Program-made: the position numbers and the translations under genes | Shown: piece by piece, positions 33,609 to 47,900 of the stretch | How the letters are laid out: every line of letters starts with the position of its first letter | How positions within the stretch are numbered: the first letter of the stretch is position 1 | Notes under the pieces: model-generated | The model's database searches: none | Told to the model about the DNA's origin: nothing | The model's input: the letters and a program-made list of their open reading frames with translations, nothing else | NCBI GenBank assembly: GCA_036172245.1 | Contig: JAYWIR010000055.1 | Span: 434,001 to 498,000 of the forward strand | Length of the DNA: 64,000 bases | Direction: 5' to 3' | Source of the DNA: Raillietiella orientalis | Lineage: Eukaryota

Positions 33609-35749
33609 GTGATGTGTGCCCGGTTCACAAGTCACAGAGGGGATTTCACCGAACAGCGTTCCAGCATCGTCACCATGGCAAAGGAGCGCACCTTCCGCCG
33701 CACTTTCGGTTTTGCAAGCTTCCGAGTGGTTTATTTTGGCTTAACGTTCGCAAAAAAGGAAAGCAAACACACACACACGGCTTTTTCCTTCATGACGTAC
33801 CTATTTGTTCAGATCGCAGTTTTGCCGAGTGCAAACAGGATGCGAATCTTGGAATTTTTACAGAATCTTATCTTTCTTTCCTCTCCCTCCCTCTCTCGCT
33901 CTCTCTCTTTCAGTATGCTACCAATCCTCGATCCGTAGGCTGACTGAAGCCATTGAAATATTTTCCTCCATTACAAATGCGCCGCAAAAGTGTAGTGCCG
34001 AATGTATTTTTAGATGCGTGTTGCGTGTACAGTCGAACCCTGCCGCCGCGAGACTGAGGGCCTCAAAATGAGTGCGCTCAATTTTTGACTCCCGAAACCG
34101 AACCGGGAAAGTGCAAGGCGTGGACCGCCCTTCCTGCTTGCAAGGGCGCCTCCGAGGTCTCCGGACCGATCCTCGCTCGCGGCCCTCCGCTAGGAGGCGG
34201 CGACCCTCCGCCGCTCCTCTGCCCCTCACGCCCGCGAGAGGAAGAATGCTGAAGACTTTTGCTGCTCTTCATCTCCGAGTCTTCCTCCCTCCCCTTTTGC
34301 AGGTGTGGGGCTCAACCCGCCCGGCCCTACGCTTTCTTTACAATGTTTACGAGTGCAAGCAGCAGCAGCGGCGAAAAAGGAAGAAGAGAAAAGAGGAAGG
34401 AAAGCAGTGCCTCCCCCTTTTGGGGGCGTCCCTCGCACCCGAACGCCTCGGCGCGACAAACACTTTGCAAGCAAAAAAAGCAGGAAGGATCGCAAAAGTG
34501 CCTTACCATCAGATGCGTGATTCACCGTTTGATGGGAATGGGATGATTTCCTTCTTTGGCTAATGAGAGGAGAAAGGAAAAAAAAATCTGAGTCATTCGC
34601 AAATGAGATCATCAGTCTTCATTCGAATCTCTCACGCACATCTTCCCGGTGGGGAGGACTCCATGGAATCGCGCTGCGCCGGGGACGTCCACCGCGTGAG
34701 GTCGGAATGCGGTGGCACCCCTGTACGGCAGCCATCACTTCCGGGAGCAAAGGGTTAAGCGCCGCATGTTCGCGAGCCGCCGTCATATTCCGTTACCGAG
34801 ATGCGCGTTTCGCAGCAACGGAAGCGAAAGCTCCGGGGGAGCGAAAGCGAGGCGTGCAAGATGAGACCGACCTCATCCGAACGGGGGGGAGGGAACGCTT
34901 CCGGCGTTTCCCCGAGCAACGGCGCCGCAACAATGGAACCGGTCGCTCGGGCCGGACGTGCAGGGCGGCCGCGCCGGAAGAGCCTCGCCGAGGCGTGCTT
35001 CCCGTTGCCAGTATCACAACTGCATCTGCCGTTTAAATGCTCCCGCAATTCCGCAGGCGAGCGTTCACGGAAACTCCGCGATTCATTTCACAAGGATGAT
35101 TCGGCGCTGCGGAAGAAGAAAGTGGCGATGCCGAGATTTCATTCATATGATCCAAGTGTGCACATCAAGCGACATGCTACGCATCATGCTTGGTGTTGGT
35201 CGTAAAGCTTACAATTGGCGGGAAAAACGAGAAGGAATTTCTTTGGCCAAATTGCTCGATTTAAGCGGAGGAAAAGCAAAAAAGGAAAAATCATTATCGA
35301 GCGTCGCAGATGATGTATTCATTTTTTTGAATAATCGTTTGTTTGCTTTCATTTTGCTTCGTGAAATGAAATCAGGACTTGGACACGCTGATCAAGGAGG
35401 GAAGCCAAGTGCTCGCACGCAGCGGGTGCTGCTCCGTTCCTTCAGAGCAGTGCCTTTGCAGCGACGGGCAACGAGACGACGTCTGAAGCGAACCAAAGGT
35501 CTTCTTGACCGACTTGGCTTCTCGCACATTCCCTTTTTTTCAGTTCCGTTAGGAGGAATCGCTTTGGTCAGCAGCCACGGCCCATTTCTTTCTTTCTTTC
35601 TTTCCCCCTCGTTTTGCTTGGAAGTTGTGCGCTCGACTTATTGATAGGCGGCTGTCGGCCGCGATATAAAAGAAGCTTGGAGAGGCGGTTCAGGTAGGTT
35701 CTCTTTGCGAAGAGACTGCTCCGGAGTCCCGCACAAGGTGGTCGATATA

Positions 35750-36400
35750 GAGACTCAGGTCGCTGGATCCCGAGTTCAAAGTACAAGTTTTGCGTCCTGA
35801 TGACTCTTCGCTCTCCTCCATTCTTTTTTCACCTTTGTGTGCCACGCGAACTTGGTGGTAGATTTGTGGTGGTCGTCTCTATATGGCTGCCGCGTGTTCG
35901 AGTCCCCTTCGGTTACCTTGGGTCAATCACTGAGACCTGCTCTCAGTTCCCAAGGACTGGTATTGTCCTTCCTTCCGAAAGTCTGTCTCCTGCTCACTCT
36001 TGTGAGAGCGGCGTCGTTTCCGAGAAAGGCAATGTTCCCGCGGTGCTGCAGAGAGGCACGGGTGCTGCTCTCTCTGGGGAAGACTGTCGTGCACGGTGAA
36101 CAAGCATCCCCGCCCGACTCCACGGAAGAGAGGAATTTGTCAGGACCGGATCCAAGTTCCTTCCGAAAGGTCTTCAGTCGCCTCAGAGTGACTGGAGACG
36201 CCTCCAAGTCGAGACAGGTGCTCTTCTGGCAAGCTGCTCCGTCCCTCTGTGCGGCTTGGTTGTACGCGGCCGCCATCTGGGGCGGAACCGCACGGCAGAA
36301 ACCCTCTCATCAGCGGAGTTCTTGAACACAGAGGATCCCCCCAGGAAAAAAAATCCCAGCCACAGATCTCTTCTCCTTGAGCTGCTGACTTCGATGTCAG
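35750..36400 (-). mobile_element. RTE-like LINE 3' relic
   Basis: RRQTFGRKDNTSPWELR (RRIFGPxxENGxWRIR) and KFAWHTKVKKNGGERRV (RLxWxGHVKRMGEER). Confidence 0.4.
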
Positions 36401-39400
36401 ATCCGAAACGGCTTCTCCGTGCGTCCTCAGTCCGACTCCCCGGCACGATCGCGAGCGTGCAACGGGAGCACCGCGTTCTGAAGCGGCTCACGAACCTGCT
36501 GATGTTTACAAGATGCGCTTTCTCTTTCGCACGAAATTTTGGAGCCGTGCCGGTGGATCCCAGATGTGGTTTTCCTTTTCAAGTTTTTTTTTTTTTGCAC
36601 AAAGAAATTAAAAAAAAAAATATGGCTTTTCGACTTGTCTCCATTGGGAACCATTTCGTTACAGGACACAGTCAGTCCCATTCAGCTATAGGCCATAGAT
36701 AAGCGTTACTTCCCCACTCCTCGGTGCGTGTCGCTCTCACACCACATTCGTTTCTCTAGGTGTGTGTAGGTGTAGGTCGGGAGATTCTCCCGCAAAGAGC
36801 CCGTGAGCAGCACGCCGGATTCAAGATCATCCTCCCGCCGTGTGGCCATCGTACCCGTTGACGGTCTCAAATTGGTCTCGAGAGATCCTCCTGCAAGCGC
36901 GGACGGCTGCCCGAACGGAAGTGGTAGTTGGGGAGCTCACCCGTTTATGAAATGAGGGTGTCCTTCTTTCGCCTGGAGCTCCCAGAAACACTCCCGGAAC
37001 GCCCAGCTGAATGCTGAGGTCCGGACAGGTGCAGCGACGCTCCCACGCCAGTGAGTGTCCTGACTCCCACTGGAGGAGCACAAGCGTCCGACGTGCCCAT
37101 TCTTGACTCTGGAAACATCTGAGGCTCGGACGCCCTTCGGCTTCGAGCTCCGTCCGTCTTCGTGCACGTGGCGCCTCTTGTGCTTCCAGGCACTCCAGGC
37201 TTCCCTCCCCTCGCGCCGACTGCAGAAGCCTCTGGCGGAAGAGATCTCATCCAGACCGCCTGTCACACCGTGGACGGCAAATTTTTTTTTTTTGACCCGC
37301 ACGACGACACCAATCCACCACACGTGGCAGAGCAGCGCCTTCCGGCCGACACCCGTCCAGCACCCCGGCATCCACTGGGACGGATGGGGGAGTTTTCTCC
37401 TCATCTTTGAGGTCGGCTTACTGCAGGAGATACCTCACGACCTTACGGCGCCCTTGCATTTCGAATTTCCGTTGCAGCCGCTGACGAGGTCACCGCAATT
37501 CAACGTCTCGGTAGCATCAAACGTGCCTGAGGCCCGTTTCGGATAGGCCGCCAAGGAAAGAGTCGGGAGAGTCCTTCTTCTTCCCAGCCTCCAAGATAGA
37601 AACTCGAAAAGTGGCTGTGAGCTGGAGGACCACAGAATTCGGCGACACGCGCGACGGCGATCGAGAAAGAGGTGCTGGGAGCAACTGCTCTCTCCCCTCC
37701 CCCTTCCGTGAGCACAGCTCTCTTTCGGACCCCCTGCGGGAATAAAACTTTCAAGAGGGATCCCCCCGCTCGCCGGAAAGAACTCGAACCGCCAGCCGCC
37801 GTTCCCGGGACCTTGCCCTCCTGCAGAAGTGGTCCGCTCTCCGCGCGTGCGGCGCACACACCTCCTCTCTCTCCTCCATCCCCGCTCTGAGGATGGGAGC
37901 ACGGACGGCGCTGATGCGAAGGGAGGGAGGGGAACGTGGGCCCGGAAGTGAAGGAGGGCGTCCTCTGAGGCTCCGTGGCCGAGACAGGACGGCGCACGCG
38001 TATCTCCCGCCTCAGGCGCCAACGGAGAGGACAGCAGCTGAAACGGTCGGCACGAACGCGCGGATGCCTCTGAGACCGAAAGGGTAGCGGGCCGCCGGAT
38101 CTTCCAGAGTCTGGATCAATCGAGAAGCACTTGCGTTCCTCCGCCATCGAGCAGGACGTGCCAGTCAGGTCGTGGAGTTTCCATGGAGAGAACAGACTCT
38201 TCCAAGCGAGCGGCGGGGAGAAACTCGAGACGGCTGCCGTTCCAGAGGCAGGACCACCCCCAGGGGAAGACTTTTGGCGGAGGACCCAGGGGGCAGGCCT
38301 TTTCCAGAAAGAAACTGCGCGCCCTTCCCGATGTTGGTTTCTAGGGAAGCGGTCCGCATCCCAAGCGGTGGGTACTCGGGACCGTCCTTCGTGAGGGAGG
38401 AGTGCAGAAGAAGTTGAGTGACGATTCAAAACCGAGGCATCCAATAGAAGAGGTGCCCTCACCCCCCTCTGGTAGCCGAGCTGCTCCGAGGGAAGGATGA
38501 GAGCAGCTCCGCATTCCTTCGGCCGCCTCTCAAGGGTCCACCAACGCCGTCGAGGCGTCCCATCGAGGCGCAGGGCGCGCCGCTGGCCCAGGTTAAGGCG
38601 GGCCGATAGCAGGATTTCGAGTGGACATCATCATCGGATGTGCTCTTGACGTCATCGGCGGATCTCGGACGCAGCTCCCCGGAGGAGTGCCGAGCCGCTT
38701 GGGTTGGGCCATCCCCAAGTCGCTCGACTCGCTGCGCGCGCGAAGGAGAAGAAGGGAGGAAGCGCGCAGGCAGCGGGTCCAAGGCAAGCCTGGAAACAGA
38801 ACTGGTTGAGAGGGTGCCTCAGGATGAGGAGGTCGGGAAAGCGGAAAGGGCAACTATGGAAGGCAGGAGGGCCTGTACGACGGGCTGAGGACTGTCGATT
38901 CGAATCAGAGCTGCCCCCGCGGTGCTGAAGAGGAGACTGAAACGCAGCAGGAGCGGCGACCAGAGTCCGTAACGCAACGAGGGTTCCCTGTGTAGGGGAG
39001 TCCCACAGGTCCAAATCTTCTTCTGTGCGCAAAACGACGACGTGATGGGATATAAATAGATGCTTCTCCGACTGCGTCATCTGCTCGACCCCTCCTGTTC
39101 CTCCCATGACGTGCGGAGAACCCGTCGCGCGTGCCCGATGTGCGTCCCGGGAGTGCGGGGCGTCCGAGCACGCCATCCCTTCCCCAAGGTGCCCCTTCCG
39201 ATTTTCAGTTCTCCCAACATCCCGTCGCTTCCCGGGCCCACAGGCACCGGGGACCCTGCAGCAGGGGCTTCTCTTGGGGGTGGGTTACACGGTGGGAGGG
39301 CGCCGACGCCCTCGTTCTCCGCTTCGCCTCCAGTGGAATGCCCGAGACAGAAGGGGTGTTTGCTGTAGAAGCCCTGGGATCATCGGGATCCGGGAAATGC

Positions 39401-42400
39401 CACCCTCCCACTCCCGATCTCCATTCTCCGTCGAAAGGACCACCACCCTTGAGGAAGGATTGATATGCCACATGCCTTGCAGCCTCTTGGACGATCGCGG
39501 CGTATCGCCTGTGTATACAGGCAGTACGTTCCAGCACGCGTGCGCCTGCTGCACTCCATCTTAGGAGGGGGTTAAGGGCGAAACGCAGAGACGATAGGAC
39601 GCAGCCCTCGTCGTCGGCACGTCGTCCGTGGCGCGCGACGCGTCATCGTGCGGTCATTTCGAGAAGCACACTGGTACGGCAGTCATCCGCGACCTGGCGG
39701 TCGTAGCGTTCCCGACCCTCCTCCCGGTAGGGAGAGCTGCGGCCCCTTTTCGTCCTGACCGGAGCTGCCCTCGGGGAAGCTGCGAGTCCGACCCGACGAA
39801 GCGCGCGGACTTCGTAGGAGCGTGAAAGAAAGGAGGCAATCGTTTGGCGCGGTGTGGTCCACCGGCTGGGGCATCGAGAGATGCTTCCAAGGTTCCCAGC
39901 GCCGTCCGGAATCCGAGCTCCGTATGGCCACACTCCTTCTGGAAACGAACGGATGGCAGGGCTCTCTCTAGGAAAGATCAGCCGGGGCCTTCGGCTACGA
40001 GATGATGACGACACGATGGGCAAACCCAGCCGGGGAAGGGGAGGAGGGCGAGGTTTTTCAATTGAGCCCCCGCATTGAGAAGACGAAGCAGGGAGGGGCT
40101 CAAGTGAGCTAGAACTCCTGCATCGTCTGTGCCACGCGAAACCTCCAGCGGACCAATCAGCTGCCCGTTCGCTTCAAGCTGAGACCCTTCCCCCAACTAC
40201 TCGTCGTCCAAGATGGACAGAAACGCGAATGCAAGACCCCTGACCTACTTCACTTCTGTACACCCCACCCCCACCCCTCGAAAAAAATGAAAAACGCATT
40301 GAATTTCCACATGCGCAAGTGAATACACCCGTGTGTACGCATGCATAAATGTCAAGCGTATGTACGCACGTACAAGCAGATGTACACGTGTGCACACGTA
40401 TCTTCGGATCCGTTGGAGGTACGGGCTTTGAGAAAGCGGGAGTCGGAGGGCGTCACTCCGGTTCCCCCGTTCCAGGCGGGGGAGAGTCTATTTCTAGCTG
40501 CTTCCCATGTGACCGTAAGCGCGCCCGCTTTGCAAGAACTCTTGCACGCGGAATGCAGCTGTCATTTCAGCAGGCGCGCCCCTGCGCCCGTGCCGAGCGC
40601 CCGCGCTTTCGCATGCGGATCCCTCCTGTCGGAGGAGCTCCTCTCGACGTTTGCCGGGCGTTTGCAGGGCGGTGCGATGGACGTCGTCAAGGCGCCCCGC
40701 CAGGAAGGAACTCGCGTTCACCACCCTCCCGCACGATCCCAGGAAGCGCACGCATCCTCGCGGATGCGCGGCCAGGAGGGACCACCCTTCCGTCCTTTCT
40801 GCGGCCGCTGGTGTGCATGGCGACAAACTCGGCGGGGCAGCCAGGAGGAGGAGGAGGAGGGCAAGAAAGACGACGGGAACGGGGCGACCCTCGGCACTTC
40901 CTCTTTTGACTGACGTTTCTGGGCGCGCAGGAGGAGAGGGCTCTCCATGGAGAAGGTCACTCGCCTGGTGCCCAGCACCCAAATGCTCCCCCCCTCCTCT
41001 CGCGGAAGAGGCTCCCGAAGAACGTGCGCTTAAAAAATGCGTGGGCGGACGAAGCCGCTCCTGGTTCACCTGCAGCCGCGTTCGTTCCGCGACCAGCGGG
41101 TCGGAATAGGTCAGCCCTCTCTTCATACTCAGGGGGAACCCCACGCGACCCCCTTTGGCCTCTTCCCGCTTCAAGGATGTGGCTCCGCTCCACTAGCAGA
41201 CGGTGGCGAATTCAAACGCCTTCTAGAAAAACGGGAACCCCGCGGGCCTGCCGTTGGGAATCCACGGAGACGGTGCGGACAGACGGCGCGGCGGAGGAAC
41301 TTGTTGCCTCCAGCGCTGCGGGTCAGTTCCCAGATCGACCTCCGTTTCCTCCCAGGCAAAGCCTGAGCGCCAACCTCGACCTGACTGCCACGGCCAAGCG
41401 AGCAAAAAGAAAGCGGAGGACCGGCGGTGAGTTGGAAGATCCCGCGCACCGTTGCCCGTTTTCGGAGATCCGGCAGGCAAGCACCGGAAATGGGGATGGA
41501 GGCTCAGGCACCCCAAGTGCAGGGTTCCGGTGGTCAAAGACTCGCCCGCGGGCAGCTCGGGGGTCATCCTTCCGCGTGACCCAGCTCGCGAAAAGGAAAC
41601 GCGCGCTCCCGAGCTCCCTTTCGGTGGGAGGGAGTGCAGAAAAAAAACTCCGGGGAGGGCGCCGAGCGCTCACGAACTCCGCGGGCAGTCTGAGAATGGA
41701 CAGGACCCGTTGAGCTGAGCAACGGCAAGATGTTCGACCCTCCTAGCCGCCGGTACTCCGAGACTGCAGTGGTGGCGCAGCTGGAAATGCGTCTGGGGAC
41801 GTCTACGAGACACCGTCCATTGGCACCCTCCTCCCCCAACCACCCAGTCTTCTGGGTGGCCCACAACCTGCTGCCACTCCGGTGCCCGAGACGATGTCTC
41901 CCGAGGAAGAAAGCGAAGGGACCGCGTTTCCTGCGAACGGGTCCACCACTTCACCCACCTCGGGCATCTTCGGCATTCTTGGGGATCAACACGAGCAGAG
42001 GGAGGCCGAGCAGAGCGCGCCCTTAGCGCGGGAAGATTTTTCCGGAGCGCCGATCTCACGCTGGAGGACGCGTGGCCGCGCGCGCCCACGACGGAGTGAA
42101 GGATGCAGCGCAGGTTGCGAATTTTACCGACAGATGGCGCGGCAACTTCAGACTGCGGGTATATGCTGGCGAGACGCGCCCCTTTGACTAGCCAGGACCC
42201 GGGACTGCTCCCGCCCTGCTCCATGCGCGCTCTGGGTGCGTGCCAGCGGAAACCCCTATGTGGCGGCGACGTTGCCGAACCTCTCGCTCCGATGCCTTGA
42301 GGGCGCGAAACAGAGGTCCTCGAGTACCTGATGAGTGAAAAACACACACAAAAACACGGAGGTATGTGGAAAGCCGCATAAATGCATCGCGGGATTCGAC

Positions 42401-43784
42401 CACGTTGTCATGTCATCTTCCCAGTCTAAGGATGCCCAAGGGCATCCGTAGTCGCCAATTCCTGAGCCACAGTTCCTACAGGCGGCGATCTTCTAATGGC
42501 TCGATGCAAGGTCCGCGTACGCGCCACCGATTGTTGTGGCTCGACTGCAACTCGCGTGGCTGCTCGGGGCGAAAGTGGGCGGTCTATTAGGTGATGGCAG
42601 CACGGCGGCGTTCCCCGGAGATGGGAAAGGGACGTCCACGAACACGGGAGTCGGAGGGAGGGCGGAGATTCGTGTTCCCTTAGCAAAAAAAAGGGCTGCG
42701 CTGGGGATCCCTCCAGCGGGGGACGTGCGAAACGAAGGCTGCCCAACGCTCCTTGGCGATCAACAGGGCGCCAGCAGAGTGGCTTTGCAATGATTCAGCT
42801 GCCATCCGAGTGGCAGCGCGCCTCCCAGGAAGCTCCCTTGGAGGAATTGGTCACCCCTCGCCCCATCAGCGAGCGCTGGTGGGGCGAGGGTGGAAAGAAT
42901 CCTGCAGCCGGCCCACTACGAATCCCCCCGCCAGGTGGACGGAGTCCTGCACAGGCACAAGGAAGCGGGCGAGTTCCAGCCAGCTTCCCCGCCCAGAAGA
43001 ATCGGGACTTGCTGAGTATCCATGGAAGCTCCATCTGCGGCGGCACCAATGAGAGGCAGAGGAAGGATCAGGGATGGTCTCTGCAGCGGGGAGTTCCGGA
43101 GTAGGGTCTTTTTTCGTACCCCACTAAACCAGCCGGCATCGGAAGGTCCGTTCGGAGGGCGTAAGCGCTTCCTTCGTTCCGTGGTGTCCAACGGCCATGC
43201 AGGCCCTCAGCTGTTTCAGGAAGCGTGTGGTGGCGCATGCGCTTCCGGTCTGCGCTCCGCTTTCGCAGGGGTCTCACGGGGCCTTCCAAGGCTCCTCCTC
43301 CGTTCGTTTCAGGAGCCACTCAAAATCCGACCAGCACCTGCCTAGAAGACCTCGACTAAAGGTGGGTTCTTTTTTCTTTCTCCTCTCCACGGGGGCCTGC
43401 AATGCGTCCATCGCGTTTCGCCTTCGCTTGCGCGGAAAACCCGGAGCACGGAGCATAAGAAGTTCTGGGACCCCTCTTCTTCCCCCCCCCCTCACTCGAC
43501 ACTCCGCACCCAGCCCGCCTGCACGCGGCAAAACTCCTGAGCCGATCTCATGGAACCCGAAACCGACCGATTGCTGAGGAGAGGAACGCTGGACCCACCG
43601 GAACAAAGAGAAGGTGTACCCAGCACAAGAGCATCGGAATTTTGCAAGCAGTCACGGGTCAATCAACATCGCACGTGGTCAATGTAAAGAATCCGACTCC
43701 TCGTTGAAACTTCTAAAAGCACGAAGCTGCGGAGAAGCAGAGGATCTATGGAGGTGGCATGTCCTCGGGCAGGAACCAGCAACT

Positions 43785-44874
43785 TTGGCTGGGACGCATA
43801 AGGAAGAAGGGCGCACGCACAGGGGCAGCATCTCTCAACCCTCAAGACAGGGTGACGAAGGCAGGGGAAGGGGGATGGAAGGGGGTGCGAATCGCGGCTT
43901 CGGCAACTCCCTCGAGACAGAACGCCAGGCCGCACGCAAGCGCAACAGCACGGGACGATGGTCACCGACTCTTCCGACCCACCCCCCGGCGCCGACCGAC
44001 GCGCGCCGCCACACCAACCACGAAGACGCGCGTCCTCCCCACGCACCTCACCGCAAGCTACCCTCCTGCCCCCCTCCCCCTTCCGCGACAGCCACCTCGG
44101 ACAGTCCAGCGCACTTGCGCGCCGGACGCTTCCGCCGCCCATCCTGGCGATCCGTCCCAGGCGATCGCCTGACCCGACCCGCCCAGCCAGCACGCACGTC
44201 CACTTTGCCCGCTTCCGGCTAGCAGGGACGAGAGTGGGCTTCCCACCGTCTGCTAAGGGTGGGGGACAACGGCGATGCCGTTCGGCTTTGCTGCTTCCCT
44301 CTGCGCACCCGTCCGAGACCCCCGCAGGAGCGGCCGTAACGGGGGCGCACTGAGCCCGTTGAGGAGGCCGCTCCGGCTTGTCCCCGCACAGCCCACGCCC
44401 CGGCAGCCGCGGCCCCGCTTGCCAAGCGATCGTCGGCACGCGACGGGCCCCAAAGCCCGGACACCAACGCGCACCTTTGCTCCCTGGCTGCCGACGCCGC
44501 CCGAGCGCCAACGACGCACCAGCACTTCGCGCTTCCGCAGGCTCGCCAACCGACCGACCCGCCGCCGCCCGGCTCCGACGTGGCAGAGACGCGGACGACG
44601 CCGCTCCGGAAGGAAGCGCGCACTGCTTTGGGTGGCTGCCGCCGCGAGCGCCCACCCTTCCCGCCTGCTCCCCTTTCCGACGCCCGCCCCTCGCAACGCT
44701 CCCTCCCCATCCTCCGTTCGCCCGGAATCCGCCCGCCCCCTCCTCGGGAGGGGTCGCGCCGCGCCCGTCGGGATCGACCGGAATGGCGCCGCTCGGCCAG
44801 CCAGCTGCCTTGGGTTGCACCGGGAAGGCAGGGGAACCCGGGAAGACGAGGCGAGGCGGGGCAGCTGCCGGCGC
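43785..44874. repeat. Interspersed 1.09-kb very GC-rich repeat, copy 2
   Basis: Near-identical to 23628-24717, same orientation, different flanks. Confidence 0.95.
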
Positions 44875-46899
44875 ATGCGCCGGCGCGGATCGTCTCTCGC
44901 CGGGTGAGGGGAGGTGCCCTCCTTGAAATGCGGGGTTGGTTCTCAGGTGCGGTGGGCAGGTGTTGGTTCCACGTGGGGCGAGGTCGCGCCGCCCTTCCCC
45001 GAGGAGGTTTGCGGGAAGGAAAGCTCGCTGCTTCTCTTTCCTCAGGGGGGACAGGTCCCCGAGGGACAGCTCTTGTGGGCCGCGCCGATGTCCAGCCGGC
45101 TCCTCTGAATTCGGAGTCCCGCCCCATCCCGTCCTCTATCCCGGATCTCCTTCGCTTCTGTGGGGAGGATTTCTCGGTGGTTCCTGTCTCCGAGTCGCTC
45201 TCAGGTCGACTGGCTGAGACCCCAGCGAGACAGCAGCTACTCGCACTTCGTGGGGAGGGGGAAAACCTGGATGCTCACGGCAGTCCTTTCTGAGGATTCT
45301 TGGAGACGCTCGCAGGGTCACATTTGCCCGCTCGCTCGCGCCCGGGCTGCTGCTGGCGCGTCGGCAAGCCCTCGGGGTCCAAACGCGCGTGACGCAGAGA
45401 ACCAAGGAGAGCTCGTGTCTGGCAGGTCGGGCGAAAGGAAAGTCTCCCCTCTTCCTCCGAGGGAAGAGGAGCTCGATGGTCCCCAAAGGTGCAGTCAGGA
45501 CGGACGACGAGAGAATCGAAGCCGAACAGGAAGAATGGAAGGATGGGACCCACGGAGAACGGGCCGTAGGAGGTCTGAGGGGACTGAAAAATTCAGACTC
45601 AGGACAAAGGGGAGGATAGGCTGGGCGGCGAGGGGAGATGCAGGCGCGCTAGTGAGAGGAGGGGGAGAAACCACAACTTTGGGGCAGGAACGCAGCAGCA
45701 GAGTTGCCGTTGCTGACGACACGCCGAAGAGCAGCTGCTCGAAAACAGCGCATCCCTCGGCGGCCCGGCAGCTACTCCGGGCTCCTCTTTGCTCCAGAAC
45801 CGCATGACGGCTGTAGGCGAGGAGTGGGTGGGCAACAACTTGAAGGGCAGCACCCGGGAGGGGAGGATGGAGAGCGGGCAGGGGTCAAGAACCCGCCAGG
45901 GATGGGCATGGGGGAGGGGAAGAAGCGTGACTGGAGACCGACACGTGGCGCCTCCGAGCGGACCAAAGGAGAGTCGCAACCACAGGCACCCCCTGCGGTA
46001 GAACGGGGTAGTACTGGCTGCCTTCGGCGCCGGGCGGCACTGTTCGGGCTTTCGGCACTCAATAAAAGCCCTCCGGCGCAGCCGAAAGAGACGCGCGTCC
46101 TCCCTCGGGAACGGCGAGGAGCAGTCGCGCGCGACCCACGAACCACGAAACGCTTCAGAGGGTGCCCGAACGCCCGGGAGAGAAGGTCGAGTTCGCCTGC
46201 CTCCCGGGTGCGCAACTCGGAAGGGAATGTGCTAGCGCACCAGAGGACACCCCAGGCTGCTGGGAAAGCACACCACGCCGCTCCCGTCCCGCCAGCGCCT
46301 CTTGGGAAGGAAACCAGGAGCTCGAGGTCAGCACGAGCTTGCGACTAGCCAGGTCACACGGCGACCCGCACCCAATTCTTCGCGAGGTGCTCTTTCGCCG
46401 TGGCGGGCCTCACACCGGCGCTTGTGGGCCGCGCCGTCCGTCCAACCGGTGGCCCTCAACGCTGCCCATCGCTGGAACCGAGCCACCTCCTCACACCGAT
46501 GCGAGCTGATCGACGCGAGATGTGACCATCCTTTCCTGAGGCGGTTGGCGCCATCGTGAACCGGGCTTTGAGCGTGGCACGACAACGTGCAGTTGCGCCA
46601 GCAGCCACTATGCAGACTCCGAGCACCCCTCTTCGTCGGGAACATCGACAGACGGGTGAGCGCAGGTGCACCCGCAGATGTACGGGGAGATACGTGATCA
46701 CGACATTCACTCGTTCGCCTAACTTCGATGCTCACGGGCGAACTGTCCAAAAGACATCAAGACGCCTTTGGAGTCACTCGCTGCCTACGAGGGTGGCAGC
46801 AGCAAGTCCACAGGATGGCCTGCTGGTGCATCGGAGCTTGGCAGATGCACACGTGGCAAGTAGAAAGCATCGCTTTCAAATGACGAGGTGAAGTTCCAG

Positions 46900-47900
46900 A
46901 TATTTCCAGATTTGAGTATTCGAGAGCTCTAAATTTCGCATGGATTTTCGGTAGAAAGCTGTTGGAGAAAGCCGTGATTTTGCTGACACCTTGGAGGACC
47001 CGGCAGCCTTTCGAAAACGACCGTGATGATGTAAGATTGAAAGCGCGCATTCTTATTGGTTAATGAGAATGACGTAAGGACCGAAGTCGCGGCGCTCCGC
47101 ACGCATCCACGCAAGGGACACTTTGTAAGTGTGTCAAATGAGTGCGGGTCGGTTGCGGCAAAACCGAAATTGCTCTCCGCTGCTTTCGATGAAAGGTCGC
47201 AGCGCCTTCGGCCGTCGGGCAGGCGTCCAGAAAATCCCTCCCCTGGATCGTCGAGGGAGAGCTAGCGACGTGCGGGAAGCACTCGTGCTTCGCCCGGTGC
47301 CAACGCACGGGGTGCCTCGTGGCCAATGGTTTCTACGCATTCGAGATGTCAGGAGGATCGAAGGAAGACAACGCAGCCCGAGGCGGCGGCAGCAGCAAAC
47401 CACGGCTGCTCCCGGAAGCGCAACGCGGAAAAGTCGAATCCGCCAACGAAGACACCGTCCAGCTTCCGGAGGCTGCTTCGTCCCAGCTCTTCGCTCCCGG
47501 CACTCCGCAGGTGCTCGGGGCGAAAGAGTCCACACGCCAATGGGGCACTGAATCCGCTCTCGTCCGTGTGCGCAAGCAATTCCTCCACTTCCTGGGATCG
47601 GCATGTTTCGTCCGTGGTCGGCGTGGCCGACTATGCGTTTCTCCCTGTCTAGCATTTTTCGACGATCCCACCGTCAGCAAATCCTGGTACAGCGCTGGGG
47701 GAAGATGTCCCAGGAGGAAGGAATACATCGCGGGTGCAGAGTGTGCAGGAACTACCAAGGAGAGAGCTGCAAGGGTGAAGACGGACTCGTGCGGGCCTTG
47801 GGTGGCAGACAAAAAGCAGCCGAACCCCGCGGGACGAGCTCGTAGGAAGACGTAGTGGGGACGCTGAGGTGGCTCCACCAAGCGCTGGCGAGAGACAATT
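46900..47900 (+). mobile_element. RTE-like LINE RT relic
   Basis: DFADTLED (DFADD), SGGSKEDNAAR (DGGSxxDIxAR), QVLGAKESTRQWGTES and WDRHVSSVVGVADY, in RTE ORF order. Confidence 0.45.

Noticed and set aside
35663..35700. TATAAAAG followed by a CAG|GTAGG donor-like site on the plus strand
   Set aside because: Isolated motif next to a LINE relic; no downstream plus-strand exons found.
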